Shown: in pieces, positions 1 to 12,575 of the stretch
Layout of the letters: every line of letters begins with the position of its first letter
Numbering within the stretch: the stretch's first letter is position 1
NCBI GenBank assembly: GCA_026770705.1
Contig: JANJGN010000026.1
Coordinates: 37,820,001-37,884,000, forward strand
DNA: 64,000 bases
From: Isurus oxyrinchus
Lineage: Eukaryota
Reading direction: 5' to 3'
Position numbers and translations under genes: made by a program
Notes under the pieces: generated by a model
What the model was told of the DNA's origin: nothing
Database searches by the model: none
What the model saw: only the letters and a program-made list of their open reading frames with translations

Positions 1-730
1 CACTGGGGCAATGCAGCAGGTCAAAGAGGGACATGTGGGTATCAGAGAAGGATGGTGTGTTGAAATTGCAAGCGACAGGAAGGTCTAGGTCATGCTTGCA
101 GATAGACCGAAGGTGTTCCTCAAAGCGGCCTGCCAGTCTGTGTTTGGTGTTCCCAATCTAGAGGAGACTGCATTGGGAGCATTGAATGCAGTCAACCAAA
201 TTGAAGGAGGTGCAATGAAGCGGTGCTTCACCTGAAAGGAGTGTTTGGGCCCTTGGACGGTGAGGAGGGAGGAGGTAAATGGGCAGGTGTTGCATCTTCT
301 CTGATTACTTGGGAATGTGCCATGGGAAGGTATGAGGTGTTGCGGATGATGGAGGAGTGGACCAGGGTGTCTCGGAGGGAATGGTCCCTGTGGAATGCTG
401 ACAGGGGTGGGGGTGGAGTGGTGAGGGAAGGTATGTTTGGTGGTGGCATCATGTTGGAGTTGGCAGAAAAGTCGGAGGATGATCCTTCGAATGCTGGAGT
501 GGTGGGATGAAATGTGAGGAAAAGGGGGACCTTATCATGATTCTGGGAGAGAGGGGAATGCGTGAAAGCAGAGACACAGAAGAGTGGTCAGACACGGTTG
601 AGGGCCCTGTCAACCGCAGTGGGAGGGAAACCTTGGTTAAGGAAAAAGGAAGGCATGTCAGAAGCATCATTTTGGATAGTGGCATCATCGGAACAGATGC
701 GAAGGAGGTGAACAAATTAAGAGAATGGAA
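1..730 (-). mobile_element. Penelope-like retroelement remnant (GIY-YIG endonuclease region)
   Basis: Minus strand translates CTSFNLVDCIQCSQCSLL*IGNTKHRLAGRFEEHLRSICKHDLDLPVACNFN, a GIY-YIG-type pattern (VYCIxC..YIGET..RF.EH). It is preceded by PPLSAFHRDHSLRDTLVHSS. Stops and frameshifts are present. Confidence 0.8.
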
Positions 731-1404
731 TGGCATTTTTCCAGCATTTTCTGTTTTATATTACTGCATTGAACCCTTCCTCCGTTGACATTAGTCTCAG
801 CCCTGTATAAGTAATTACTTCATTAGACCCTGTCTCAGTTTATATCAATCTAAACCCTGTATCGGTAATCACTGCACTAGGCCCTGTCTCAGCCTATAAT
901 AATCCAGGCCCTGTATCAGGAATCACTGCACTAGACCCTGCCTCAGCTTATGTCAATCGAGGCCCTGTTTTAATAATTCCTATACATCCCCTGTTCAATT
1001 TATTTCACACCCTCATTTGTAACTGTAAACGCTAGATTACACTTAGCTTAAGTTATTGTTGTACAGGTGAACGTCACTGTTAATGGTACTATGGGCCTTA
1101 TCTTATTTATTATTACAGCCGTCCATATCTCTACTTGTGTTGCAATTGGTCCTTTCCCAGTTATCACTGCACCTGACGCTGCTGCTGTTTATATCATGCA
1201 TATCATGCGCCTGTTATTACTACATTAGGTCATGCTTCTGTGCACACTCCAATTAACCCTTTTCCAGTTCACACTGTAGTACAACCATGTTTTAATTTAT
1301 ATTTCACTGCAAATTGTGTTTCGTTATTTTATACTGAACCATGCTTCAGTTATCACTGCCCTTGACCTGCTGAACTTGTCTCACTGATGACTGTACCGGA
1401 CCAT

Positions 1405-2065
1405 ACGAACACACGAGTATACGAACAATGAGCATGAGTAGGCCATTCAGCCCCTCGAGCTTGCTCCACCATTTAATAATATCATGGCTAATCTGATAGT
1501 AACATGAAATCTGCATCCTGCTGACACCCGATAACTTATCACCCCCTTGCTTAGCAAGAATCTATCCACCTCTGCCTCAAGGCTCTGCTTCCACTGCCTT
1601 TTTAGGGAGCGAGTCCCAAAGACTGACAACCCTGAGAGTGAAAATATTCGCCTCATCTCTGTTTTACATGGCCGACACCTTATTTTTAAACAGTGACCCC
1701 TAGTTCTAGATTCTCCCACAAGAAGAAACATCCTCTCCACATCCACCCTGTAAAGGCCCCTCAGGATCTTATATATTTCAGTCAAGTCACCTCTTACTCT
1801 TCTAAACCCCAGAAGACATAAGACTAGCCTGTCCAACCATTCCTCAGTAGGCAACCCACCCATTCCAAGTGCTAATCTAATTAACCTTCTCTGAACCTCT
1901 TGCAACACATTTACATCCTTCCTTAAATAAAGTGACCAATACAGTGCACAATACACCAAACATGATCTCACTGGTGCCGTGTATAGCTGAAGCATAACTT
2001 CCATACATTTATATTCAATTCCCCTCGCAATAAATTATAACATTCTATTAGTTTTCTCAATTACT
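1405..2065 (-). mobile_element. CR1 LINE 3' fragment (ORF2 C-terminus and 3' UTR)
   Basis: ORF 1447-2004: LYTAPVRSCLVYC...RRVRGDLTEIYKILRG...SRTRGH, typical of the CR1 ORF2 end. Confidence 0.85.
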
Positions 2066-2339
2066 TACCATTTCTCCTTTAATCTTTCTCTCAGCATTGT
2101 ATCAGTGTATATAATGCTATCTGCAGTTTAACTTATTAATGCACTGGACCATGCTTCTATATACACTACAATTGACCTTTTCTCAGTTATTACTGCATTA
2201 GACTATGCCTCTATCTCTATTACATTATATGATGCTTCATTTATTAATGCACATATCCATGCCTCTATATATACTGCAAGTGACAATTCCTGAGCTGCTT
2301 TGCATTGCACAAAGCTTCCGTTTGTATTATATTAGGATT

Positions 2340-3505
2340 TATCTGACAACCAAATTGTGAGAAAAGTTATAGCTCATGGAATAAAAGGGACAGAAGCAAT
2401 GTGAATACAAAATTAGCTGAAAAAGTGAAAGCAGGGAGTAATGGTCAATTAAAGCTTTTCAGGCTGGAAGAAGGTTTGTAGTGCAGTTCCCCATGGGTCA
2501 GCAGTGGAACCCTTGCTTTTCCTGATATATATTAACCATCTAGGCCTTGGTGTGCAGGGGACAATTTGAAAGATTGCGGATGATACAAAGCTTGGGAGTG
2601 TTGCAAACTGCCAGGGGAATGGTGTGGAACTTCAAGAGAACACAGACAAGTTGGTGGAGTGGGCAGATAGGTGGCAGATGAAATTCAATGTGGAGAAGTG
2701 TGAGGTGATGCATTTTGGTAAGAGGAACATGGACAGGCAAAATAAATAAGGGGTGGAGTTTTGAAAGGAGTGCAGGAGCAGAAAGACTTGGGTATAGATA
2801 TGCATAGATCATTGAAAGTGGCAGGACAGGTGGAGAGAGCAGTTAATAAAGCATATAGTATCCCGCGCTGTATTAATTGGGACATAGAGTACAAGAGCAG
2901 GGAGGTTATGCTGAATTTATATAAGGCCCTCGTTAGACCTCAGCTGGAATATTGTGTACCGTTCTTTGTACCATATTATAGGAAGGATGTAAATATATTG
3001 GAGAGAGTGCTGAAGAGGTTTAGAAGAATGTTCCCAGGGATGACAAAATTCAGTTATGAGGGGAGATTGGTGAAGCTGGGATTGTGTTCCATGGAGAGGA
3101 GAAGGCTGAGAGGAGATTTGATTGAAGTTTTCAAAATCATGAGTGGGCTGGACAGAGTAGAGAGGAATAATCTGTTCCCATTCGTAAAGGGATAAAGAAT
3201 GAGAGGGCACACGTTTAAAGTGATTTGCAAAAGAAGCAAATGTGACGTGAGAACTTACTTTTTCACACAGCGAGTGGCTCGGCCTGGAATACACTGACTG
3301 GAAGTGTGAGGAAGGCAGGTTCAACTGAGGCATTCAAGAGAGCATTAAATGATTATTTCAATAGAAACAAAGTGCAAGGGTGGGGGAAAATCCAGGGCAA
3401 TGGCACTAGGTCAGAATGCTAATTTAGAGAGCCGATGCAGACAAGTTGGGCCGAATGGCTTCCTTCTGTACCGTTAAAGTTCTGTGATTCTATGATTCTG
3501 TGATA
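2340..3505 (+). mobile_element. CR1 LINE 3' fragment (RT to 3' tail)
   Basis: VPHGSAV / ADDTKL-like RT motifs; LYKALVRPQLEYC...RRLRGDLIEVFKIM; ends in an (ATTCTRTG)n tail near 3480-3505. Confidence 0.9.
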
Positions 3506-4115
3506 TTACTGTTTTAGGCTGCTTCATTCATCACTGTACTCTTCTATGTCTCACCTTATATTATAAAGGTCCAATCCCATTTATTAATACACTAGACCAA
3601 GTTTCAGTTATTACTGCACTACAAAAGGTCTCTACTAACTGGATAGAGCTGGAGAGAGAGCCAGGTGGACAGGTGGGTATTAATTTTTAAAATGTTATAA
3701 TATCCTGTAGGTAAAAATGTGTTGAAAGAATACATTTAGTCTTGTTAATAACTATTAGGCGTTGTGTGCAATTTCTAATTGCTCTAGTGTGATGTGTGTA
3801 ATGTTTGTGCTGTAAGGTTGGGCTGAATCTTGTAACATTCCCTTCATCAATGAGATTGAGGAATAGAAATAAAGGTGAACCACATTGCACTGCACACTGC
3901 ACAACTTAGTCACAAACTGCATTGTGTTGGAGATGACTGATTCATACTTGACTTTATCTATGACAATTGCTTACAGGTTTCTATAATTTCCAGATATTTT
4001 TCCCTCTTTCAACAGAAATTTCTGTTTGCTTTTGGCGTGGTCACTGATTGTGACAGACAGGGTCTGAAGCTGCATCCTCAGGCGAATGGGCTGCTGCAAG
4101 CTCCTAATAACCAAT

Positions 4116-4263
4116 NNNNNNNNNNNNNNNNNNNNNNNNNNNNNNNNNNNNNNNNNNNNNNNNNNNNNNNNNNNNNNNNNNNNNNNNNNNNNNNNNNNNN
4201 NNNNNNNNNNNNNNNNNNNNNNNNNNNNNNNNNNNNNNNNNNNNNNNNNNNNNNNNNNNNNNN
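4116..4263. other. Assembly gap (N run) next to (TG)n-rich sequence
   Basis: 148 N. Confidence 0.99.
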
Positions 4264-5649
4264 CGTGGCTGAGTGTGTGGGTATGCCTGTGCGTGTGTCT
4301 GTGTGTGTGGCTGTGTGTGTGAATGTGTGCAGCTATATGTGTGGTGCGGGTACATCTAGAACATATCATGTTTCATTGCTTTCAAAAGACATCATAATTA
4401 TTTTTCAACATGTTACGATAGTTTATTGAGAATATGTCTATATGATGCCTATGCTGCCGTTAATATTTATCGGTAATGCATTGTCTTGAGTGCTCTGGAA
4501 AGTAATGTCAAGCTGGCCATTCCGTTGTCAAGGAAAATGCATCTTTCAAATGACTCACTGAACTTCTTCCCTCTCTTCCTCTGTCTCAGACTGCACCTAA
4601 AACAGTTAACCTCTCTTCTCTCTCTCAGACTTCACTTTACTCACTTACACAGAATCACAAGGGCCGGATCTGGCAGCTTCGAGGCACCAATGTTTAAATC
4701 TTTTGCTTAAGGCACATTATCACTGAAAAGATTAAGCGCAAATACCTCATCAGAGGAAAATTCAGTGCCATAACGACACCAGCTCACTCACTTAACCTCT
4801 CTCCTCTTTTTCGCTCAGGAAGCACCAAACCCTCTTAAAACTTTCCATTTTAGAATAACCCCCTGTGAGCGGTATTATTGTTTTAATTTCCCCTCATTTC
4901 TCCCAGTGATAACCATCAGTCAATCTCACCTTCAGTTAATATGTTATAACCAAAATAACCTCGTTTATTTAATTTTTTAAATTGGGAACGGAGGTGAATG
5001 TAATACCGAGACCGGCAGCAATCTGTGTGGTTGTTCTTGATGCTGTCAGAGTGAGTTCACCCTCACAGGCAGGAAGACTGTTCACGGTGATAACATGAAA
5101 CTGATGCCTGCTGTTTCATTCTCAGGTAACACAACTTCTTGTTTCTCTGCTGCCGGTTCCAAACCACACATCTCACTTCTGAGCAGAAAATAAACCCAGG
5201 GGCCACAATCTGGTGAGAACATCTGTCAAGGCGGCCTATATCTGGCCACAGAGTCAGCGCAGAGTCACACAGATCACATTGTGGTGACATTTACAAATGA
5301 GACTGTGTGATCTGTTTAGAGCTTCCATTTCCAGGACATAACTGGCTGGTCAGTCACTGAGCTCTCTCGAGTCCCTGTAGCTGGGAAATGAGATCTTGCT
5401 ACCTTTCATTTTTCGTTGTCATGCTCCACCACCCGCCCCCACTCTAGCTCCCCCTCCACACCCCACCAACCCCCCTCTTCATCACCCGCCACGCACACAC
5501 ACACTCCCTAAACATACATTTTCCCTCAAAACTTGTTTCCTCTGTTTCTGTACAACATCTCCCTTTTTCAATTTAAGTTTCCTTCCATTAGTTTTATTTC
5601 TGTCTTTCTCTCTCTCTGTATCTCTCTCCACCTCCCTGTGTGTCAATTA

Positions 5650-5935
5650 AATAGAAGCGTTCAAAATCATGAAAGGTTTGTTAGTGTGAATAAAGAGAGA
5701 CTATTTCAACTGGTAGGAGGGTCGGTAACCAGGAGACGCAAATTTATTTTTTTGAACAGGAAGACGGGAGGATAATTGTTTATTTTTTTCACAGGGCGAG
5801 TTGTTCTGAACTGGAATGCACAGCTTGGAAGGGTGATGGCATCAGACTAATAGTAACTTTGTAAAATGAATTATATAAATTCTTAAAGGGGTTAAAATTT
5901 GAAGGATTACGGGGAATGGGGTCAATTGAAATGCT
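5650..5935 (+). mobile_element. CR1 3' fragment
   Basis: Similar to the 3' end of the 2340-3505 copy (gaagcgttcaaaatcatgaaagg...ctggaatgcac). Confidence 0.65.
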
Positions 5936-6111
5936 CATCTATATCATTGTCCCTGCACCTTTTCTGTATCTACCTCTGTCCCTCATTGAGCCCAAATAAA
6001 ATGCAATAATTATACAGCTTTCGCCTTCTGCTAATCGTGTCTTTTGACAGAGCTTGAGTGTATATGTGTCGATAATTGCCAGGAATCATTCAGAAGTTCA
6101 CTACTGTTTAC

Positions 6112-6566
6112 AAACTACTATTTTGCACAAAATAATAACACTGAATAGAGCTCGTTTAGTAGAAAGCACGATTATCTTTAACATTTTCTGCTCTGATTTT
6201 TCCTCTGGTGTGGTTTTGGTGTTCAATCCTTTCAGTCATCATGTGCCTCAAGCTGAAGATTTAAGCATTGGATTCTACAAGCTGCCGGGCCCGGCTCTTG
6301 CGTGTCTGTGTCAATAGAGAACTGTCGGTAAGAATGAAAGGGAGCAGATTATTTTCTGTTCCTCTGACAGATGCAGCATTGACCCCTCAGATATCAGAAA
6401 TCTTTGGAGTCCGCCATGATTGTCCTCCCCTTGGGTACAACAGCTCTCAGCAGATGGAGTCTGTCACACGGGCCTCTGTCATGATGTTTCTGCTCCGTTT
6501 GTACCACACAAATCCCTGGGTCACTCACCATAACACAGAAGCCTGCGCTAAGGCCCGAAACATCAT
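6112..6566 (-). pseudogene. Possible heavily decayed V gene segment
   Basis: Minus strand shows a leader-like MMFRALAQASVL with a GTGAGT donor (6529-6566). Then ICSLSFLPTVLY*HRH (C...LYWxR), GKIRAENVKDNRAFY*TSS and YSVLLFCAK appear in different frames. No clear RSS. Confidence 0.3.
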
Positions 6567-7074
6567 TGCTTCCTTACACTTTCACACCCAATTACAGTCA
6601 GATGTTTATTAGAACCCCTGCCTCTCTTTATGTAAGATTACCAGCAGCCTTTGTTACTGACACACTGGAGTCGGCATCTGTGATTATTATTGGACCAGGC
6701 CCCAGTCTGGCCCGGGCCCGGCAGTCAGAATTCCCTTTGCAAATCCAAGGAGGGAGATGTTTTGTATTTTTGGAGAGGGCGGGAAGGTCAAAGCAGCAAC
6801 AATGTCCCAGGAACCCGTCCTTTGCTGGATGGAGAAACTGTCTGGAGTTTCTCTGTCTTTAATTCCTCCTCCTGAGTGTAAGAAAATAATGGATAAAAGA
6901 ACAGAAAGGCTGACACATAAACTCTCAGAGTGAGCACTGGGCGTTTTTAAATGGTCAGCTCTGGATCGAGGCTTCAACCCACAATCGTTTGACCCAGGGG
7001 TAAGAATGATGCTAATTCGTCAATGCTGACATGATGTATCCCCAGTTCCCATTGCATTAGTACAACGGCAACAT

Positions 7075-7495
7075 ATGACAGATGCTAGAAATCTAAAATA
7101 AAAACCGAATGTGCTGGAAATCCTCAACAGGTCAGACAGCAGGTGTCGAGCCTGTTTGTTTTCCGGGTCGTCATATACTTTGCAGCCTTGGGGAAAGTGT
7201 GGAGAGGCCGAAGGATTTTGAAGGCTGATTAAAAACCGGCGTCCGTCACACCAACACACTTCCCGTGGTCAACGGAGCCGGGCGTGGAATCTGAACATAG
7301 ATCTTACAGCTCAAAAGCAGGAGGACCGCCAACTGTACCGCTCGGGAGTGCAGTGGCTGTGGAGAGAAGCAGAGTTAAAATTTCTAATCGATGACCCCGG
7401 TTCTGCTGAAGGGTCATCGCCATGAAACGTTCACTCAGTTTATCGCCGCAGATTCTGTCTGACCTGCAGAGTAATTCCAGAATGTTATGTTTTAT
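7075..7495. mobile_element. Penelope-type inverted terminal hairpin repeat, degenerate and interrupted
   Basis: gatgctagaaatctaaaataaaaaccgaatgtgctggaaa... and its inverted partner ctgctgaagggtcatcgccatgaaacgtt...; same family as 43595-43837. Confidence 0.65.
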
Positions 7496-7499
7496 TTGC

Positions 7500-8430
7500 T
7501 ATTACACTAGGCTGTGTCGGTATTATTGCACCAACTCCATCCCATTCATATTGCAGTGGTGCTTGACTCTGTTATTGGGCATTAGGCAAAAGATTTGCTA
7601 TTGTATCAATTGGCGCTGTCTCACACACACTATTATATCAGACACAACTTCGATTTGAGTGGATCAGGTGCTGACTGTGTCGTTATCACACTGGACCCAG
7701 TGATGCATTCAATGATGCTCTGCAACCTGCTATCCTCTGTTATCATCAAACATTACACTAATTACACAGAACTTTACCGTATTTAATCTGTTCCCTATAA
7801 CCAATCTTATTGTATAAAACGCTGTCTCTGCAATGGTTGCATGAAGAGCCTACATGTCATTCAAATTCTAATGCAAGCCTCTCTCATTATTTCTGAAAAC
7901 CTTGTGCCGATCAATTTTCAATACTAACCTGATTCTGATATTGTTAACGTTGACCCTGTTTCTGCTAGTGTTTCGCCATGACCTCTTTCAGTTGTTATTT
8001 TATAGAAAGTGTTTTTGTTATTATGATCACACAAATATTGGTTCATTCAATGTTATACCAAGTCCTCCCTCTGTCATATTCCTGAACTAGGCAATTTCTC
8101 TGTTTATATGACTCCTTGGACCAATTTGTGTTATCACCGCACGAGCACATGCCTCTGCCTGTGCTATACTAGGTATTGTGCCTGTTACTACTTACACTAG
8201 CCAGTACTTATATTTATATTACACCAGGTCCTGTCTCTGAAATAATTCCCCGGGCCCATATCCCTGGTTATAAAACACCAGGTCTTGTCTCTGTTATTAC
8301 TTCATTAGCCAATATCTCCTTTTATATTAAACTAGATACTGTCTCTGTTATTAATGCAGTAACCCATATCTCTGCTTATGTTACATCAAGTTCGGTCTCT
8401 GTTTAGGCTCGACTAGGCCCTGGTTTATTT
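7500..8430 (+). repeat. Degenerate 27-bp satellite array
   Basis: Units such as ctgtctctgttattaatgcagtaaccc. Confidence 0.65.
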
Positions 8431-9054
8431 TCGTTAAGATTACATTGAATATACAACCTGCAGTTAAACCAATCCGTCCAAACATGATTCGAGTGGTTGT
8501 GGTGGAATTTGTGAAGATAAGAGTTAAAAAAGTGGAAATAGAAATAGTGAAAGTCTCTGGAGAGCAGCCGGAGTTTCAATCCTTCCTATCAACAAATAAA
8601 TCGGAGAATTACAGGTGTATTAGTCTCAAGTCAGGTGTAGGTAAAGTTTGATATTTGCCATCACTTGCACAAATCATCACACATTCGAGATTATCAGGAG
8701 CTTCTATGAGATATTGAGGTGATCATTTATTAATAAACTGCTGGTTCTTCTGGATGTGATTTCCTCTGCTTTCCAACTGATCAGCAGAGACAGATAAAGC
8801 ACCTTAGAAACGAAATGGTCAGTCTGACATCACTTTATAAACAAATGCGCACAACAGACAGGTTATCAATAAAAATTTACAGTATCAAACAATCTACAAT
8901 TTAACTAAATGCATAGTTTTGGATTTGAACCCAATCACTGAAGGCAGGAGTGGACTGAAAGTTGTCACTGGGAGAAATGAAGAGAAATTGCGAAAAAAAA
9001 TTCTCCAAAGAGTTTTATTAGACGTCAGGAGATTCAAAATGAATAAGGGACTGT

Positions 9055-9057
<3 letters not shown>

Positions 9058-9090
<33 letters not shown>

Positions 9091-9093
9091 AAT

Positions 9094-9135
<42 letters not shown>
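9058..9135. repeat. (GA)n microsatellite
   Basis: Direct observation. Confidence 0.95.
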
Positions 9136-9589
9136 GTTCAGTGAGTTAGACGCTGCCTCAGACAGAGAAAGGAGGGCCATTCAATGAGTTTGGTGATAAA
9201 CATGTTCAACTTAGTGACGAAAATGTCAGTATGACATCACTTTCTAAGCAAAAGTACACAACAAAACATGCTATTAATAAATGTTTACAGCACTAAATAA
9301 TCCGCAGTGACAGTTTGAGTAAAAGAAAATTAAATATTGAAACACTCGGGTAAAGGTCATTATTTATCTTTGGGAAACGGCGGTATAAGCAAGAGGCATG
9401 ATTTTTTTCTATACGGCACACATAACTGGCCATATCTGATCTATAATTTCTTTGACTAAAACTAAATGAAAATAACTATCAGGTGCTGCAAAGAACGGGC
9501 CATCCAATACCACCTGTTTTAGGTCAACACCAGGGAACAATTCCCACCTCAACATCTTTGTGTACAATATTATCTCTCCAACTCAGTTG

Positions 9590-11230
9590 CAGGAATCACA
9601 GAGACATGGCCAAGCATAGAAATAACTGAGGCGGGGTTAGCGCACTAAGCACTGGGTCAATTGATATTAACCCTCTCTTGGGGCCAGAACAGTAATGATT
9701 GATTCGGCACATGGATTAATAACACCCTAGAAAGGGTCTTGTGCAATAATAACTCAGATTGTCTATAGTGTAAGACATGATCTAGTGGAATAAAAACAGG
9801 GACAGGGAGAATGTAATAAAAGGAGATGTCTGGATTAGTGCAGCAGCAACTAAGACAGGGTTTAGCATTGTATATACAGACGCTGGCCCAGAGAAGTAAT
9901 AACTGAGACTTTTCCGCATGTAATACAACCAGAGCCATGGCCGAATTCAGGAGCAGCTGTGGCAAGGCCGAGCACTGAAATAACTGAGGCAGGAACTGGT
10001 GTAATGTTATCATAGACATAATCCATTTCAATATAAACAAAGTCAGGGTCTGGTGCAGTAATGCTGAGACAGGGCTGAGTGCACCAATTATTGATACAGC
10101 ATCCACGGTAATACTAACAAAGGCTGGGCCTAGTATCAGCAATTATTGAGCCAGGATCTAGTGCAGTGATAACAGACTTGGCCTTGTGTAGTATAAACAG
10201 AGACATGGTTTACACAGAAATAACATTGACAGGGCCAGTTTTAATATAAACAGAGACAATGTCTAGTGTAATATAAAGTGAGACAGGGTCTAGTGTAATA
10301 TAAACTCAGACAGGGTCTATTGTAATGTAAACACAGATGTGCTCTGGTGTAATATAAACCAAGACGGGCTCAGTGTAATATTATCTGAGACAGGGTTTAA
10401 TGTGATATAAACTGAGACAGGGTCGAGTGTTATATAAACTGAGATTGGGTCTAACAGAATATAAGCAAAACGGTGACCTGGTGTAATATAAACAGAGGCA
10501 TGATGTAGTGGAGTAAAATGTAAGGCAGTGCTGAGTGCAGTAATAATTGAGATAATGTCTTGTGTAATATGAACACCGACATGGTCTAGTTCAGTAATGA
10601 CTGAGGCAGGATCTAGTGAAAGGAAACTGACACGGGGTCTCCTGCAGTTTCATCTGATATAAGACCTTGTCTAATATAAACTGAGGCAGAGCCTAGTGCA
10701 ATAACTACCAACATAGGACCTGGATTAATATAAACAGAGATGTGGGCAAGTGCAGCAATAAGAAAGAGGCACGGTATTATACAATAATAAGTGACAGGGC
10801 ATCGTGTGCTTTAAACAGAGACATAGACCGGTGCAGCGTTCGCCAAGACATACCCTAGTTTAATATAAACATGGCAAAGTCTGGTAGTGCAATAACTGAG
10901 ACAGAGCCTCGTGTCATGTAAACAGGGACATGTTCTGGTTTCGTATAAGTAAAGACAAGTACCAGTGCAGTAACAACTGAGACATGGACTATTGTCATAT
11001 TAGCCAAGACATGGTTTAGTGCAGTGATAACTGAGAGAATGTATAGTGTAATATGGTCTTTGTCCTGTATATTGACTGAGATTGACCTATTATTTAAACA
11101 ACTGAGACACAACCTGTTGTAATATGATCAGAGACATCATTGAGTGTAATATATACAGTCAAATGTCAAGTTTAAAATGAACAGGGAAAGGGTTCAGTGC
11201 AGAAATGATTGAGACAGTGCTTGTTTCATA
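9590..11230 (-). repeat. 27-bp satellite array, opposite orientation
   Basis: Best-preserved units at 10261-10450: GTCTAGTGTAATATAAAGTGAGACAGG / GTCTAGTGTAATATAAACTCAGACAGG. Confidence 0.85.
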
Positions 11231-11329
11231 TAAGGTCAGTACTCACTGTTTCACTGCCATCTACTGGACGGACCCTACTATTGCAGATGTTGTGAAAATG
11301 CCGATTTTCGTTGCTGCTTCCGACATTAA

Positions 11330-12575
11330 TGATAGAATCGCAGAATTCTTACAGCGCAGGAGGATGCCATTCGGCCACTTCTGTCCGTGCTAACCCTCTG
11401 AAGGAGTAATTGACCTTGCGCCACAGCTTTTCCCGTAGTCCAGCATCATTTTTTCTTTTCATTTTGAAAGCATCGATTGCCCCTCAATCCACCACACTGT
11501 CAGGCAGCGCATTTCAGATCCTTACCACTCACTGCGTGAAATGTTTTTCCTCTTGTTTCTATTGCTTCTTCTCCAGGTTACTTTAAACCTGAACCGTCTG
11601 GTTCTCAATCCTTCCACCAATGGGAACAATTTCTCCCGATCTACTCTGTACAGAGCCTTCATGATTTTTAATACCCGCATCAAGTCTCCTCTAAACTTTC
11701 TCTCCTAAAACGAGATTAAAGCAACTGCTCCACTCTTTATACATAACTGGAGTTCGTCATCCCTGGAACAATTTTCATGAATCTTTCCTTTGCCCTCTCT
11801 CATGCCTTCAAATTCTTCCAAAAATGTAGTGCCTGCAATTAGATGCAATTCTCCAGTTGAGGCCTAACCAATGTGCCACACACGTTTAACATGACTGCTT
11901 TGCTTTTATACGCTTTTCCTCTGTTAATGAAGTTCAGGATGCTGCATACTTTATGAATCGCGCTCTTTCAACTTGTCCTGCCACCTTCAATGATTTATAC
12001 ACATTAACACCCAGGTCACTCGGCTCCTGCAGCCGCTTTGGAATCACACCCTTTCCTTTATACTGTCTATCTGCGTTCTTCCCACCAAAATTTCATCTGT
12101 CACTTGTCCGCCCTTTCCCCCAACCTCTCGATGTCTTTTTGAAGTTCTACACTATCCTCCTCATGGCCCGCAATGCTTCCACATTTCGCATCATCCGTAT
12201 ATTTTGAAATTGTGCTCTGTACACCAAGGCCCAGTTTATGAATAAATATGATGAAAAGTAGGCGTTGTAACACTGACCCTTGGGAAAATTCATTATAACC
12301 CTTCCCCGAGTCAGAAAAACACATGTTCAAAACGACTCTTTGTTTCCTGACACTCAGCCAGTTCCCAATCCATGATGTTACCGTCCATTTTATTCCAGTG
12401 AGCTCCAACTTTGCTCACAGGTCTGTTGGACGGCATTTTATCAAATGTCTTTCAGAGACCATGTAAACCACGTCAAAAGCATTACCCTCATCAACCATCG
12501 CTGCTAATGTCATCAAAAAAACTCAAGCAATTTAGTTAAACATGATTTGCCCTTAAGAGATCTATGCTGGCTTAA
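11330..12575 (-). mobile_element. CR1 LINE 3' fragment
   Basis: WIGNWLSVRKQRVVLN...SQGSVL...ISKYTDDAK RT motifs plus CR1 3' UTR. Confidence 0.85.

Larger units (their letters stand above)
785..3640 (+). repeat. Degenerate 27-bp tandem satellite (CTGTCTCAGTTATTACTGCACTAGACC-like), split by two CR1 insertions
   Basis: Recurrent ~27-bp unit at about 785-1400, 2065-2335 and 3505-3640. Confidence 0.7.

Noticed and set aside
4975-5290. J-like FKLGTEVNVIP on the plus strand and V-like VVWNRQQRNKKLCYL on the minus strand
   Set aside because: No RSS, no splice donor after the J-like stretch, and no YYC motif; not distinguishable from chance.
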